In this document: positions 12,772 to 25,742 of the stretch, piece after piece
Position numbering within the stretch: the stretch's first letter is position 1
How the letters are laid out: each line of letters opens with the position of its first letter
DNA from: Okamejei kenojei
Lineage: Eukaryota
DNA length: 64,000 bases
Direction: 5' to 3'
Assembly (NCBI GenBank): GCA_035221665.1
Contig: CM069136.1
Span: 113,522,001-113,586,000 of the forward strand
Notes under the pieces: model-generated
Databases searched by the model: none
What the model saw: only the letters and a program-made list of their open reading frames with translations
What the model was told of the DNA's origin: nothing
Position numbers and translations under genes: made by a program

Positions 12772-14072
12772 ACATAGTCAACATGGATTTGTGCCTGGAA
12801 GGTCATGTTTGACAAACCTTCTTGAATTTTTTGAAGCGGTAACTAGGGAAATTGATGAGGGTAAAGCAGTGGATGCTGTCTATATGGATTTCAGTAAGGC
12901 CTTTGACAAGGTTCCCCATGGAAGGTTGGTTAAGAAGGTTCAATCTTTAGGTGTTAATGGCGGAGTAGCAAGATGGATTCAACAGTGGCTGAATGGGAGA
13001 TGTCAGAGAGTAATGGTGGATGGCTGTTTGTCAGGTTGGAAGCCGGTGACCAGTGGGGTGCCTCAGGGATCTGTGTTGGGTCCACTGTTGTTTGTCATGT
13101 ACATCAATGATCTGGATGATGGGGTGGAAAATTGGATAAGTAAGTATGCAGATGATACTAAGATAGGTGGTGTTGTGGATAATGAAGTAGATTTTAAAAG
13201 TCTACAGAGAGATTTGGGCCATTTGGAAAAGTGGGCTGAAAGATGGCAGATGGAGTTTAATGCTGTTAAGTGTGAAGTGCTACATCTTGGCAGGACAAAT
13301 CAAAATAGGAAGTACATGGTAAATGGCAGGGAATTGAGGAATGCTGTGGAACAGAGGGATCTAGGAATAACTATGCATAGTTCCCTGAAGGTGGAATCGC
13401 ATGTAGATGGGGTGGTAAAGAAAGCCTTTGGTGTGCTGGCCTTTATAAATCAGAGCATTGAATATAGGAGTAGGGAAGTAATGTTAAAATTGTACAAGGC
13501 ATTGGTAAGACCAATTCTGGAGTATGGTGTACAATTTTGGTCGCCTAGTTATAGGAAGGATGTCAACAAAATAGAGAGAGTACAGAGGAGATTTACTAGA
13601 ATGTTACCAGGGTTCCAGCAACTATGTTACAGAGAAAGGTTGAACAAGTTAGGTCTTTATTCTTTGGAGCGCAGAAGGTTAAGGGGGGACTTGATTGAGG
13701 TCTTTAAAATGATGAAAGGGATAGACAGAGTTGACGTGGATAAGCTTTTCCCATTGAGGGTAGGGAAGATTCAAACAAGAGGGCATGACATGAGAATTAA
13801 GGGACAGAAGTTTCGGGGTAACGTGAGGGGGAACTTCTTTACTCAGAGGGTGGTGGCTGTGTGGAATGAGCTTCCAGCAGAAGTGGTGGAGGCAGGATCG
13901 ATTTTAACATTTAAGAGTAAAGTGGATAGGTATATGGACGTGAAGGGAATGGAGGGGTATGGTCTGAGTGCAGGTAGATGGGACTAGGGGAAAACAAATG
14001 GTCGGCACGGACTGGAAGGGCCAAGAGGGCCTGTTTCCGTGCTGTAATTGTTATATGGTTATATGGTTATAT
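12772..14072 (+). mobile_element. CR1-clade LINE (family A), 5'-truncated, open RT-containing ORF2 fragment
   Basis: ORF 12746-13987 has SQHGF, DFSKAFDKVPH, SGVPQGSVLGP, YADD and LERRRLRGDLIE. Short 3' UTR ends in a (GTTATATG)n tail. Confidence 0.95.
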
Positions 14073-14184
14073 CAGCTGGGAGGGTTTGATGTTCCACGAA
14101 CTGCACAACTCTGAAAATAAAATATCTTTTGGACAGAAATGATGAGTGAACATTGAATCTTTATGTCAATTGACCTCAGAAGCA

Positions 14185-14281
14185 AGGAAGGTAGACAAAA
14201 AACTGGAGAGACTCAGCGGATAAGGCAGCATCTATGGAGCGAAGGAATAGACGATGTTTCAGGTCGAGACCTTTCTTCAGA
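14185..14281 (-). repeat. Penelope-type repeat
   Basis: Antisense copy ending GTTTCAGGTCGAGACCTTTCTTCAG. Confidence 0.7.
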
Positions 14282-15902
14282 TATATTATTCTTCAGTAGG
14301 AAAATCAGTTTAAATTTAAATGAATGGCTGATTTGTTGTCACGTTTTTGGATAGTAAAATGTTTAATTAACATCTTTGTGATCTTCCTCTCTGCAGCTTA
14401 CATTCACATTGGATGGAACAATCAACTTTGCTTTTGTTTTACACCTTGGATATTTCTTTTGTATGTAAATTACCAACTGAAATAGCTCAGTTGTGTCCAA
14501 TTTAGAATATGAGAAATCTAATCATCCCCAAGAAGAAATATATTTCCCATGTAATCAGTAAAGATAGATTCTTGTAGATTCTTGCCAAACAAATCCTACC
14601 AGAGAAACAAAGACCAGCTATGATCCGTGACCCTGAAGATGATAATACAGTTGTATCAAGTAGACATTGAAAAGAGATGTGCTGCTGTATGATTGAAACC
14701 CCAGGTGCCATAAATAAAGTTTATTTAAACCCAGTAGGAAATCCAAAAGAATCCTCCCTACAGACCCACACACACACACACACACAATGGTGATTATACA
14801 AAACTTCTGCAGAGAGAGATTACACTTCGAGAGCACCAATTATAGTTTTACCAATAATGCAGCAGAGTGTCTCAGTGTAAAGCTTCCTTCATATTTGCCA
14901 CTTTGAATCATTTAATGCTCTGCAGTTTAGACTGATCATTGTCACACAGTGGGCAACTCTTAATGTTCCATTTGTTCACCAAATATATTTCCAAATGCTG
15001 GACCAGAGCAAAAGATATTCCACTTTGGCTCCCACAAGAGATGTTTACCTGAAGACATCTGATGTGTCTGAAGAAGGGTCTCGACCTGAATGGTCATCTA
15101 TCTTTGATCTGAGGACATCTTGATGTGAGGACATCTTCATCCAGCTTCCTCCGCAAGGTTGAAGTTGCATTATTGAAGCTTAAGTGCAGGTTCAAAACAA
15201 GCTTGCATGACTTGACGAGGCATTTGAGGGCTATTGCTGAGTCCTTGGTGGATCTATTTGACACTATTTGTTGCAATCGCATTATGGAGAGTGAATGAGG
15301 CATTGACATTTGATCATAAATATAGAGTCATATTGAGGTCACCACATTACAGTGTTTAAGCTGCTACCAGCAAATTTATTGCTGCTACTTCTGGAATATC
15401 CTGTGCATTGTATCAGTATCAGAGCATATCCTGAGCACATTCAACAGCACAAATGCTCCACCACTTGTGCTTGTTGGGTTCTGGAGTACGTTGACCACAT
15501 CTTGTTCAGATGGGAATGAGCCAAAATAGTAAATGCAGATAGAATTGGAAGAGAGCTACTTGGATCAGTCAATGAGAAATACAATATTTCAGTCCTGTAG
15601 TTTCTATGCAATTCTGGCTAATTCCACGCAAACGAATTCTATAGAAATTGTCTTTCATTCCCTGTAAATTAGTTCTGTCGATATTCTTCACGCCGAGAAA
15701 TACTCGCGCTGGGGGGATTCCCCGCTTCACAAGAACAACAACACAGCTTTAACAAGACAGGCATCCTTAAAGAGATAGCAACGGGATGGGCAGAGAAGAG
15801 CAAGTGTAGTTGCAACTTCTCGTTTTAACTTAAGCATTTCCACGGCTCCTTGCTCCTCTCCCTTCAACTCTCCTCTCATCTCCAAACACTATTTTAGAGG
15901 GG

Positions 15903-16020
15903 AACACAAAGTGCTGGAGTAACTCAGCAGACCAGACAGCTTCTCTGGGGAACATGGATAGGTGCCGTTTCGGGCCGGGACCTGGTGTGTAAACTACCAT
16001 CTGCAGTTCCCTGTTTCTAC
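15903..16020. repeat. Inverted pair of Penelope-type repeat fragments
   Basis: GCTGGAGTAACTCAGC..GTTTCGGG followed by CATCTGCAGTTCC. Confidence 0.65.
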
Positions 16021-17579
16021 TCTTCCAGAGCAAACGTGTTTGGCAGCCACACACGATTTCTTGGTCTGCCTTTAGTAAAATGGAGTAAAATATGATTCAT
16101 TGCCCATTTATTTGAAGTAAAATTTGATTTACAAAGATCATATCCTCGCATTGTCTCGAAGCCGTCAAAAACAGCGATTGGAGTTTGGTATATTGTTGAT
16201 TTCCTCAATTATCATTGTTGTGATAATTGAGCAGCGCTAGTTTTGCACGAATACACGGAGTTGCAAGGCGATTCCACCATTCAGACACCACTTTGTCACT
16301 TTATCGGAAGATCTCCATATTGCACACAGTGAAATTGCGTGATGCAAACACATATCCGGACAATTTCAGAAGAGACTGAAGCTTAAATGGAGGGGGAAAT
16401 CTGCCTCATCAAGGGTCTTTTATTACACTCGGCGCACCTTAACGAGGTGTGAACTAGTGCATAAACACAGCTGTTTCCGCAGGAGTTAAATTGAGTCCTT
16501 TAATTGACATTAATGCAAATAGATAATGGTTATCATGTCTTTACCAGTAGTACCAACTGGCAATTTAAATGTGAATATTTCAAGTGACGGGAACTGTATG
16601 TCTCATCAGGGCAAATATCGTTTGTTGACGTTTGATTTATGGTAGTTTCTATTATTGTGACATTTGCCATGAAAGCTGCTTTAATGAGAATTTGTGCCGG
16701 TTAACCGGAGGCCTTAATCCTTCGATTTAACTGGGTTTGATGATCGTCTGGTTTAACACTGCTGGTGTTATTTGAGTGATGCGGGGATGAAGTCAATCTC
16801 CCACTTTCCCCCAGCAACGGAAAGGGTTAAGTCGTGACGACGTTTCATGTTTAAGATAGACACAAACTGCTGGAGTAACTCAGCTGGTCATCTGTGATGA
16901 TTACCAGATAATCTGTTTTTAGTCATTTTAAGAGCAACAGCATCTTGTTTTGACGTTGCGTGTAACGAAACAGCGAAGTCCTCCCGCAGTGTTCGGTATA
17001 TACCAGCATCTGCAGTTCCTTTCTATACTTTCAGTGGCACTGTTAAAGAACAAGCCTCTGAGTAAAACTAGGAGGAGGCTATGTGAATCGTACCCACTCT
17101 GCTGCAGCTATCACTAAATGTAACAGGCCAGCGATTAAAACAAACCCCACAAAGCTTGAGAAGAGCTAGATACAGTTACATATATGGCATTGCCATGGCA
17201 TTCCCATCACCAGTCAGACCTGGAGCTGACTCCATGTCGTTCTTTTGGATTACAATATCACACATAGGATTCAAGTACACATGCATTGGTAACACTTCCA
17301 AGCGTTCTACCTGGACCATCTGCATCAGAACATTAGCTTGATACTAGTTTGCAGTTATTTGGGAGAAAGTTTTGACCATTGGCCTGAAGAATTGATTTGT
17401 TTAATTTGGAGTGGCAGCATTTTTTGTTGCATTTATTGCATTATTCAGCTGCTCTTCCTGGTTTGCATAATAATCATGCCCACTTCATAAAGGTATGTTT
17501 ATCAGTGGGTAGAGAAGAGGTGGAGGTGGTAAAGTACATGGCGTTTGGAAGACGCTACCTTTCTGGTCTTGCCTTTATA

Positions 17580-17709
17580 NNNNNNNNNNNNNNNNNNNNN
17601 NNNNNNNNNNNNNNNNNNNNNNNNNNNNNNNNNNNNNNNNNNNNNNNNNNNNNNNNNNNNNNNNNNNNNNNNNNNNNNNNNNNNNNNNNNNNNNNNNNNN
17701 NNNNNNNNN
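17580..17709. other. Assembly gap
   Basis: N run. Confidence 1.
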
Positions 17710-18070
17710 ACCCTGAGGCCTGGGTAGAGTGGGTGTGGGGAGGATGTTTCCACTAGTGGCAGAGTCTAGGAACAGAGGGCATTGCTTCAGAATAAAAGGA
17801 CGTACCTTTAGGAAGGAGATGAGGAGGAATTTCTTTAGACAGAGGGTGATGAATCTGTGGAATTAATTGCCATAGACGGCTGTGGAGGCCAAGTCATCGC
17901 GTATTTTTAAGGCGGGGGTTGACAGGTACTTGATTAATAAGAATATCAAAGGCTATGGGGAGAAGGCAGGAGAATGGGCTTGAGAGGGGAAGATAGATGA
18001 GCTATGATTGAATGGGAGAGTAAACTCGATGGGCCGAATGGCCTTTTGATATGACCTACGAACCTATGAA
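17710..18070 (+). mobile_element. CR1 3' fragment
   Basis: Degenerate ORF2 C-terminus (MFP..ESRNRG..RRNFFRQRV) plus 3' UTR. Abuts an N gap. Confidence 0.8.
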
Positions 18071-18524
18071 TATTTTGACGGCTTTCCAAAGGATCGCAAT
18101 TGCAAAACCCGAGTTTCAATCTTCCTAAACAATGGAGAGCGTCATATCTCATCAAATGTAGCATCAGCTAATGGTGAGAGATAATTATTTCTAATAGAGA
18201 TCTACGGTTGGACCCTTCAAGAAACTTTTAAAATATATTCATTCAAGGAGATTGAACATGTTGGTACTTTTACCCATCCAAGTATCCATTGAACTGAAAT
18301 GTCCGCTTGGTTATTTCGCGTTGTTTTGTCACATTTACGATGTCCATAGTGGATATGGAGATAAAGGAAATCAATGCTTCCCTTGTGTTTTACAACATCC
18401 AAGGCGTTTTGGTCACAATACCTTTTACCAGACTTCTGAACTATTTAATTAATTGCATTTATATACCCCTAGCGCCATGGTGTCTATTACCACCCCATGT
18501 TTATGGCTTGGGCTAGAATGTGCA

Positions 18525-18950
18525 GAATGTACAGAGGTGTATAATATTATGAGAGGCATGGATAGGATAGATTGTCAGAATATTTTCCCCAAGGCAGAGG
18601 AATCTGGAACTAAGGGCCGAGGTTTCAGGTGAAATACAGAACATCCGAGGGTAAATTTCTCACACAAGATGGAGGTGGTAAAAAAAAGGACACAAAATGC
18701 TGGAGTAAGTCAGCGGGTCAAGCAACAACTTTGAAGAATATAGACAGGTGACGTTTGGAGAAATGTTGGTCATCTGGCATGAGCTGCCACACGAAGTTGT
18801 CGATGCAGAAACTATTTCACTGTTTCAGTACACGTTTGAACAGGTACCTCGACAGCAATTATTTTGGGGGTTTAATGTGCTTATATGAAAAAAGCTTCCA
18901 TATGCATCATGGTCAATAAGTCTTCCATTTCTGTACTGTACGATCCTACA
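18525..18950 (+). mobile_element. Degenerate CR1 3' fragment interrupted by a Penelope-type repeat
   Basis: EVYNIMRGMDR-like remnant. Penelope-type repeat at ~18685-18760. Confidence 0.6.
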
Positions 18951-21900
18951 ATTCCACTGTGCTAGTGCATCTCCACCTCCACTCTTCAGAGTCAAGGACC
19001 AGTTGTAATTTGATCCTCTCTCCCACTTGTTACATCTGACATTGGAATTTGCATTGATCCTTACCCAAGAGGGCTCCGTGTCACCTTACACCATTCATTC
19101 AACTGGTGTAACTGTGCCTCTCTCTATTCACACCCCATTCTATTTACATCTCCGCATCTACTTCTCCCTCTCTTTTAGCCTCTGTTCAATATCCCACACC
19201 TGTCCAATTGGCTCCGCTCCATCCTTGAGGATGTGGGCCTTTTGCTGGGCAGAGTTTGTAGGCGCTGACCAGCCTCCGTTTGAGCCACTATTCATGGAGT
19301 CGTCTTACAATGTGACTTCACCCCCAGATGGGGTGCCACTTTAAACGGATGATTGAGAGTAACATTTCTAAATCCTCAATAACGCACCGCCACCAATAAC
19401 CCAACGCAACACGAATTGACCCATCACTGGGACCACGGAGCTCACTCGCCGGGGAGGTGGGGGGGGGGGGGGGGGGGGGGGGGTATATAATGAACCTCAG
19501 TGAACCCATGGTTAATTCTCTCTGGATGAAATGTCAACCCACCTGTCTGGGCGGGAGGTTGGTGAGACTGGTGCGCAGCAGAGGTTTTGTTTCCTTTAGG
19601 TGTTACTTTTATAGGAGGCCAAATTGAATAAAACCAGCCTTATGTCCGAACCCATCGGTTTGCGTTACTTTTGATTGCGATACCTCGCAATCGTTAGCAG
19701 AAGAGGACAGTCTCGTGTTTTTCACTTTTATATCTTTCCCGTCTCACCTGTACAACCAGCCTCTCCTACGCGTCGAGGTCTATTTCCTCACGTGTTGTCG
19801 CTCTACACCCCCGCCCCAACACACACACACACACACACACACATCCATTCTATCATTGACAGTCCGACATTAACAACATTTCTTCTTCCCTCTTCTGCCC
19901 CTCGCATCCACATACGGACACGCGCCGCCTTTCCTCTGAGCCGCGGCCAGTTCGCAGTACACAACCTATAGTGCATTGGATATCTGTGCAAATGCGTCGC
20001 AACAAAGCACCTCTAAATGAAGACAAATATTGTCACACTCAATTGTTTGTTTTCTCCTGACTCGGTGCTAGATTAAGATGTGAGATTACACTTATTGTTT
20101 CGCTCGAATAATACTAGGAGTGAATAGAAAACAAAAATTCCTCGCCGTACACACCACACCCCGCTGGGCAGCCTTTCGAGGTCTTTTGCAAAAAAACAAG
20201 CTCTTGAGTGCTAATTACAAATAAATTATGATGTGCCCACTAAGTAATTGATTTAATGAAGTTCCTATGAAACTATTAAAAACGGGTAGAGGTCAGGAAA
20301 GAGGCGCCCCGGAGCGCACATTGTCGGATGCTTAACTCCCCGAAAAGACATCGGGGCTAATGGGTGAAGTCACAGTTGCCCGAATCTGACTTCTGGGAGA
20401 AAAATGAATCGCTCTTAGAACTTACCCCAACTCAACCGGGCCCTAATTCAAAAGGACACCGGTACTCTTTTCGCTTGTAGTTAAAACTTCTCTAAGAAAG
20501 GCACATAAAGCAGGAGACACTGCACTTTCAGCAACTCCGCCATCTGTGACAAAGCCCTTGCCTGATTTGGTTCTGAGTATATTAGCAGGCTCTGAATATG
20601 CTCACAAACAAAAACGTGGAGGTATGCGTACTTACAGATTCCTCTAACTGTGCAACTTCTGAGGGAGAATTCACGTCCATTTAAATTACATTTTTGGTCC
20701 TAAGAACGACTTAACTGTTTCCCAAAACATCTCGATGTCTGGCTTACTTTCTGATTCCCTCTCTCCACCTATTCAAGAAATGTAAGCAGTTCGCCAGGTA
20801 GGGTGCTTGGAGGATTTTGGCACACAGCCTAGACTGTGAATGTGTGTCCATTAGCAAGAAGTGTTTCTCGATGAAAAGCTCTACACTTGAACCAGCAAGA
20901 AGAATAGAGTCCAAGTATACAGCATCATCAACGGCAGGAATCCCCTGTAAGATTCCACTGTCAAACAAATGCCAGGATTTAGACTAATCCCAAACTAGAC
21001 TGAAAGTTTAGCTAATGTTTCCTTAGTTCGTGATAATTAATGTACACCGTTTTTGAAGTGACAAAAGGCAACTATTTCGAAAGAAGTTTTGGAAAACAAT
21101 ATACAAATAAATAATCTAATCAGAGTGGTGAAGAGTGGAGACAGGAAATCGAGTTTCATGAAGTTTCGCGTCGCTTATTGTCTTATAATAACGAGTGTCA
21201 GGGAAACCCGACGTATCTCTCTCTCTCTCTTCTTATGAGTTATTTTACGAGGCTGTTCTTTTGTACATCAAGAGATTTGAGCCCAGATTGAATCCACCAC
21301 CCCGCGTAGAGCAGAGATAACTGAATCTGCACCCTAGATAGGTGCTGTCTGTCACATGCTTAATACTTTGGGGGCAATCTCCTTCTCTGCTGCAACCCCA
21401 TTTACACAATCTGATTGAATGCTCATGAAAATTGTCAAGACATCTGAAGAGAATTCTGTGCAAACTGCCGACGTGTTCAGGCAGAATTGAGGAAGCACTA
21501 TACATGTTGACAGTTTCGTCCGCCATCTTTCTGAGACATTGCATAATTATTCCGTTTCCATCACCTTTAAATGTAAGCCGGAGCGACTGCTCACTGTTGA
21601 TGCCAGCGTTAGTTGGGGAGAAATACAGAGTGATTTAACATCCTTATTAAACCCAGCCCAGTTCCAGCACCACGTGGATCTTCTGTCTTTAATAAACAGT
21701 CCTTATACTCCAGGACCGAACAGTGCCCATTTTCCAACCCGCCTGCCTGCCTACCTTCCCTTCCCTGTCTCACTGGTGATATATTAAAAGACGTGTTAAA
21801 AGATTATTAAATATTTCCAATTTTTTTCCCCAATCCGTTCCAACAAAATATTTATTTTAATCATATCCCCATACTTTCCACGGCCAGTGGAAAATATTTG

Positions 21901-22589
21901 GAAATGGTGTGTGAATTGGCCCAAACGGTGTCGTCTGCAAACTTCATGCTCGCAAAGTGAAATATTTGTGTTAATTTCATGACTTGAGTGTGCGATTCGC
22001 TTTCCATCATACAGGCCTCGGAAAGGCGGTCTCATTCGCTTACGAGGAATTGTTTCCTTTACAAGACTTTTAAAGACAGGGTCAAGTTTTATCTATAAAT
22101 CATCGCAATTAGCTTCAGTTGCTTGAAACTACTTTCCCTTTTAACATAGAAGCGAATAAGAAGCTATTTTGTGATCCGTTTTATACCTGGTGTCTGTCCA
22201 TGGCCGATTTATTTTATTTTAGTCATTGCTATGGTGTTGGACTTTGCCTCAATAAGCAGGACGTTTCCAGTCAGTAGCATACCTCGGCTCTTCCGGGCAA
22301 AACCTGTTTTATTTTGCATTATGTTCCTGTATATAACTTTTCGACAGGTTGTCGTTTGCAGTAACATTAAATGTGTAATGTGCTTCAGCCAATAAAGTTT
22401 CAAATAACGTGAAACGGTTAGTGTAGTTCAGAGATATTAATGTTATTTGAGTTGCTTTCCCGGATACCATCAATCGCACTGGTTCTGAAACCTGGACGTG
22501 AATTGATTACCAAACAAAAAAACAGTTACATATTTCACAAGAAGTTTAAACAGTGCCTTACCCATACATTGAAAGAATGACCAAAATTA

Positions 22590-22783
22590 NNNNNNNNNNN
22601 NNNNNNNNNNNNNNNNNNNNNNNNNNNNNNNNNNNNNNNNNNNNNNNNNNNNNNNNNNNNNNNNNNNNNNNNNNNNNNNNNNNNNNNNNNNNNNNNNNNN
22701 NNNNNNNNNNNNNNNNNNNNNNNNNNNNNNNNNNNNNNNNNNNNNNNNNNNNNNNNNNNNNNNNNNNNNNNNNNNNNNNNNNN
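22590..22783. other. Assembly gap
   Basis: N run. Confidence 1.
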
Positions 22784-22800
22784 TAAATGAGGGGAATGAA

Positions 22801-22806
<6 letters not shown>

Positions 22807-22847
<41 letters not shown>

Positions 22848-23100
22848 TGGGTTGGTGGTTTAGTGATTTTATGTGGCTATGAGTGTTGGGGTCTGCGACT
22901 TTTGGGGCCTGTGAGGGAGTATTGGTATTTGCGTGGTGGGAGTATTGGGTGTGTGTCTATGAGAGAGAGTTATGTGTGTGTGTGTTTTTTTGTGTGTGGA
23001 AGTATTGGTGTGTGTGTTTGCGGGGTGTATTGGTGTGTGTATGTGACTATGTGTGTGTGACTGCGTGTGTGAGACTGTGTGTGTGTGACTGTGTGCGTGT
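22807..23100. repeat. (TG)n microsatellite and degenerate TG-rich tract
   Basis: Pure TG run to ~22846, then interrupted GTGT/GAGTATTGG units. Confidence 0.9.
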
Positions 23101-23265
23101 CAAGACAAGAGTGAAGAGTGTTTTTATTGTCATATGTCCTAGATAGGACAATGAAATTCTCACTTGCTGCAACACAACAGAATATGTAAACATAGTACAT
23201 CGCGGGAGAAAAAAAGTTCAGTGAGTATATATACACATGCCCACATACTCAATAAATGTGCGGCT
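23100..23265 (-). mobile_element. Rex-like LINE 3' tail
   Basis: Reverse complement of the 62315-62480 tail (GAATTTCATTGTCCTATCT..GACATATGACAATAAA). Runs into an N gap. Confidence 0.75.
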
Positions 23266-23928
23266 NNNNNNNNNNNNNNNNNNNNNNNNNNNNNNNNNNN
23301 NNNNNNNNNNNNNNNNNNNNNNNNNNNNNNNNNNNNNNNNNNNNNNNNNNNNNNNNNNNNNNNNNNNNNNNNNNNNNNNNNNNNNNNNNNNNNNNNNNNN
23401 NNNNNNNNNNNNNNNNNNNNNNNNNNNNNNNNNNNNNNNNNNNNNNNNNNNNNNNNNNNNNNNNNNNNNNNNNNNNNNNNNNNNNNNNNNNNNNNNNNNN
23501 NNNNNNNNNNNNNNNNNNNNNNNNNNNNNNNNNNNNNNNNNNNNNNNNNNNNNNNNNNNNNNNNNNNNNNNNNNNNNNNNNNNNNNNNNNNNNNNNNNNN
23601 NNNNNNNNNNNNNNNNNNNNNNNNNNNNNNNNNNNNNNNNNNNNNNNNNNNNNNNNNNNNNNNNNNNNNNNNNNNNNNNNNNNNNNNNNNNNNNNNNNNN
23701 NNNNNNNNNNNNNNNNNNNNNNNNNNNNNNNNNNNNNNNNNNNNNNNNNNNNNNNNNNNNNNNNNNNNNNNNNNNNNNNNNNNNNNNNNNNNNNNNNNNN
23801 NNNNNNNNNNNNNNNNNNNNNNNNNNNNNNNNNNNNNNNNNNNNNNNNNNNNNNNNNNNNNNNNNNNNNNNNNNNNNNNNNNNNNNNNNNNNNNNNNNNN
23901 NNNNNNNNNNNNNNNNNNNNNNNNNNNN
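23266..23928. other. Assembly gap
   Basis: N run. Confidence 1.
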
Positions 23929-25671
23929 GAGTAAAAATCACACTACATAATCCATCCAATGAACGAAGGCTGGTCCGAAGTTCCACTTAGATGCACGATG
24001 ACACATTTGTTTCAATGCGGCTATATCGATCTTCCAACGTTAAATCAATATTTTAGAGGAGATTCTGGGGTTTGCAGAATCACCTGCAGGGCCAGACTGG
24101 TTGCCTTTCTATCTGGAGTGAAGGAAGTGCACTTTTACTAAACTAAATATGTGTGCAAAAAGCTGGTTAGACTAACGATGTCGTTTGACAAGGGTGGTGA
24201 GTAAATAGACAAAGCTAGAATCGAGCTGAATCGTAAGCAGCCTTAATTAACACCAGCTTAAATAGTCGGACAGGGCAGTGCAGAAAAAAGTCAAAGAAAG
24301 ACTTTCAGGCTGAGTGCCCCTTGACAAGCTCTTTTTTCCCCAGTGCCATTCAATATTTAATGCACTCTGCTTGTAACGCTACCACTGGTGCGCCGTTCTC
24401 AGAGAGCACATTATTTTTCAGGATGTTCAGATTAAAAGGCAGCGCTTTTTACGAGAGTGTTTAAGAAGTGCTAAATATTATAATATGGTTGGAGACAAAC
24501 TCTGTTCAGAAGCCACTATACGTAATCTGACAGAAGATGGCCAAGACCAGAATAAATGTTGTGTTAACTGGGCCCATTTACCGTTTAAAAAAAAAACTAA
24601 CTTTCATTAATGGGCAGGTTAAGAATAGATAATTGCATTTACATTATCCAAACATTTGGAAGATTTTTAGCAATACACAATGGTGGCAATTTAGGTGGAT
24701 TGTGATATATTGATAACATATTTTATCGCATGATTATTCTCCAGCAAAAGAAGTATGGGACGTATTACACATAATTCAGAATAAATAATGACTTCCACGA
24801 AAACATATTCAGATTTTACAACTTTGCAAGTGTAAGGACTGCGTTTGGTTTTGCTGCACAGTTCCGAAACCGGTGGTGTATTTTATGCATCTGTTATGAA
24901 TAAATTTGTATAAAACAGGATGTGGTTCATACAAAGAGAGGCCAGGCAGCTATAGTGTTCTTGATTTTGAAGTCTTATGACGAGGCGGAGTGTGAGTGAA
25001 GAAGGTTTGCGGTCTGTGTATGAAGCGGCGATTTAAGAACAAGCATGGACTGCATCAGGAAACGAAATTGTAACTCACCCTCTGCAAAACACACACACAC
25101 ACACAAACGTATACACGTACACACATACACACAAAGTCCTTACGAGCTGTTCAAAATCTACCCCCTCCCTCCCCACTCTGTCCCCCTCCACACCTCCCCT
25201 CAAATTCGCCAGAGTGGCGTCAGAAAGTCTGAGTTGCAAAGTTCCTGATTTCCACAGTCTGTATGTTAAGGCAGTTCATGTAAGTAATTTCAGTGGGCTT
25301 TCTAGTAAAGGAGAACAAATCGTTGACAAAAGGGAGCGCTTTTCAATTCAGCTGTGTCGTTAGGACGACGGCAAAGTATTCCTCAGATAATAAGTTCCAC
25401 TTCAAAGGGTTTCTCATTCAACGGTGACTGCTTCGCTCTTTTATTAAGTCTCCGGGTTTTTCACTGGGAGGAATCATCTGTTTGGTTATTTTTCATCGTG
25501 TTTATTTTTCACCATTCACTGAGTACTTGTATTAGATAAACAAAGGGCGATAGCATATTGCACACAATAGTTGGTAAGTGCAAAAAAGGGGGGGAAGAAA
25601 GCGCCGAGTAAACACTTCAAGACCCATCTCCAGGAGAAAAAAATATAAGTCGCTGATATTTGGAAGGTTAA

Positions 25672-25708
25672 GGGGGGGGGGGGGGGTAGGGAGGAGGGAA
25701 AGTGAGAT

Positions 25709-25741
<33 letters not shown>
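25672..25741. repeat. Poly-G tracts
   Basis: Two long G runs. Similar runs at ~19459-19483 and poly-C at ~32482-32500. Confidence 0.85.

Positions 25742-25742
<1 letters not shown>

Noticed and set aside
12746-13987. 413-aa reverse transcriptase ORF as a host gene or retron-like system
   Set aside because: It is a 5'-truncated CR1 ORF2 with a LINE tail and near-identical copies nearby. The initial Met comes from flanking DNA.
15061-15095. Isolated CTGAAGAAGGGTCTCGACCTGAA as an active hammerhead
   Set aside because: The GAAAC box is mutated and the rest of the element is absent, so it is a fragment.
23164-23990. Long ORFs of 237-256 aa
   Set aside because: Artefacts of N runs. The same applies near 17.5, 22.6 and 40.0 kb.
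25672-25741. Poly-G runs as G-quadruplex regulators
   Set aside because: Homopolymer length is unreliable in assemblies and there is no supporting context.
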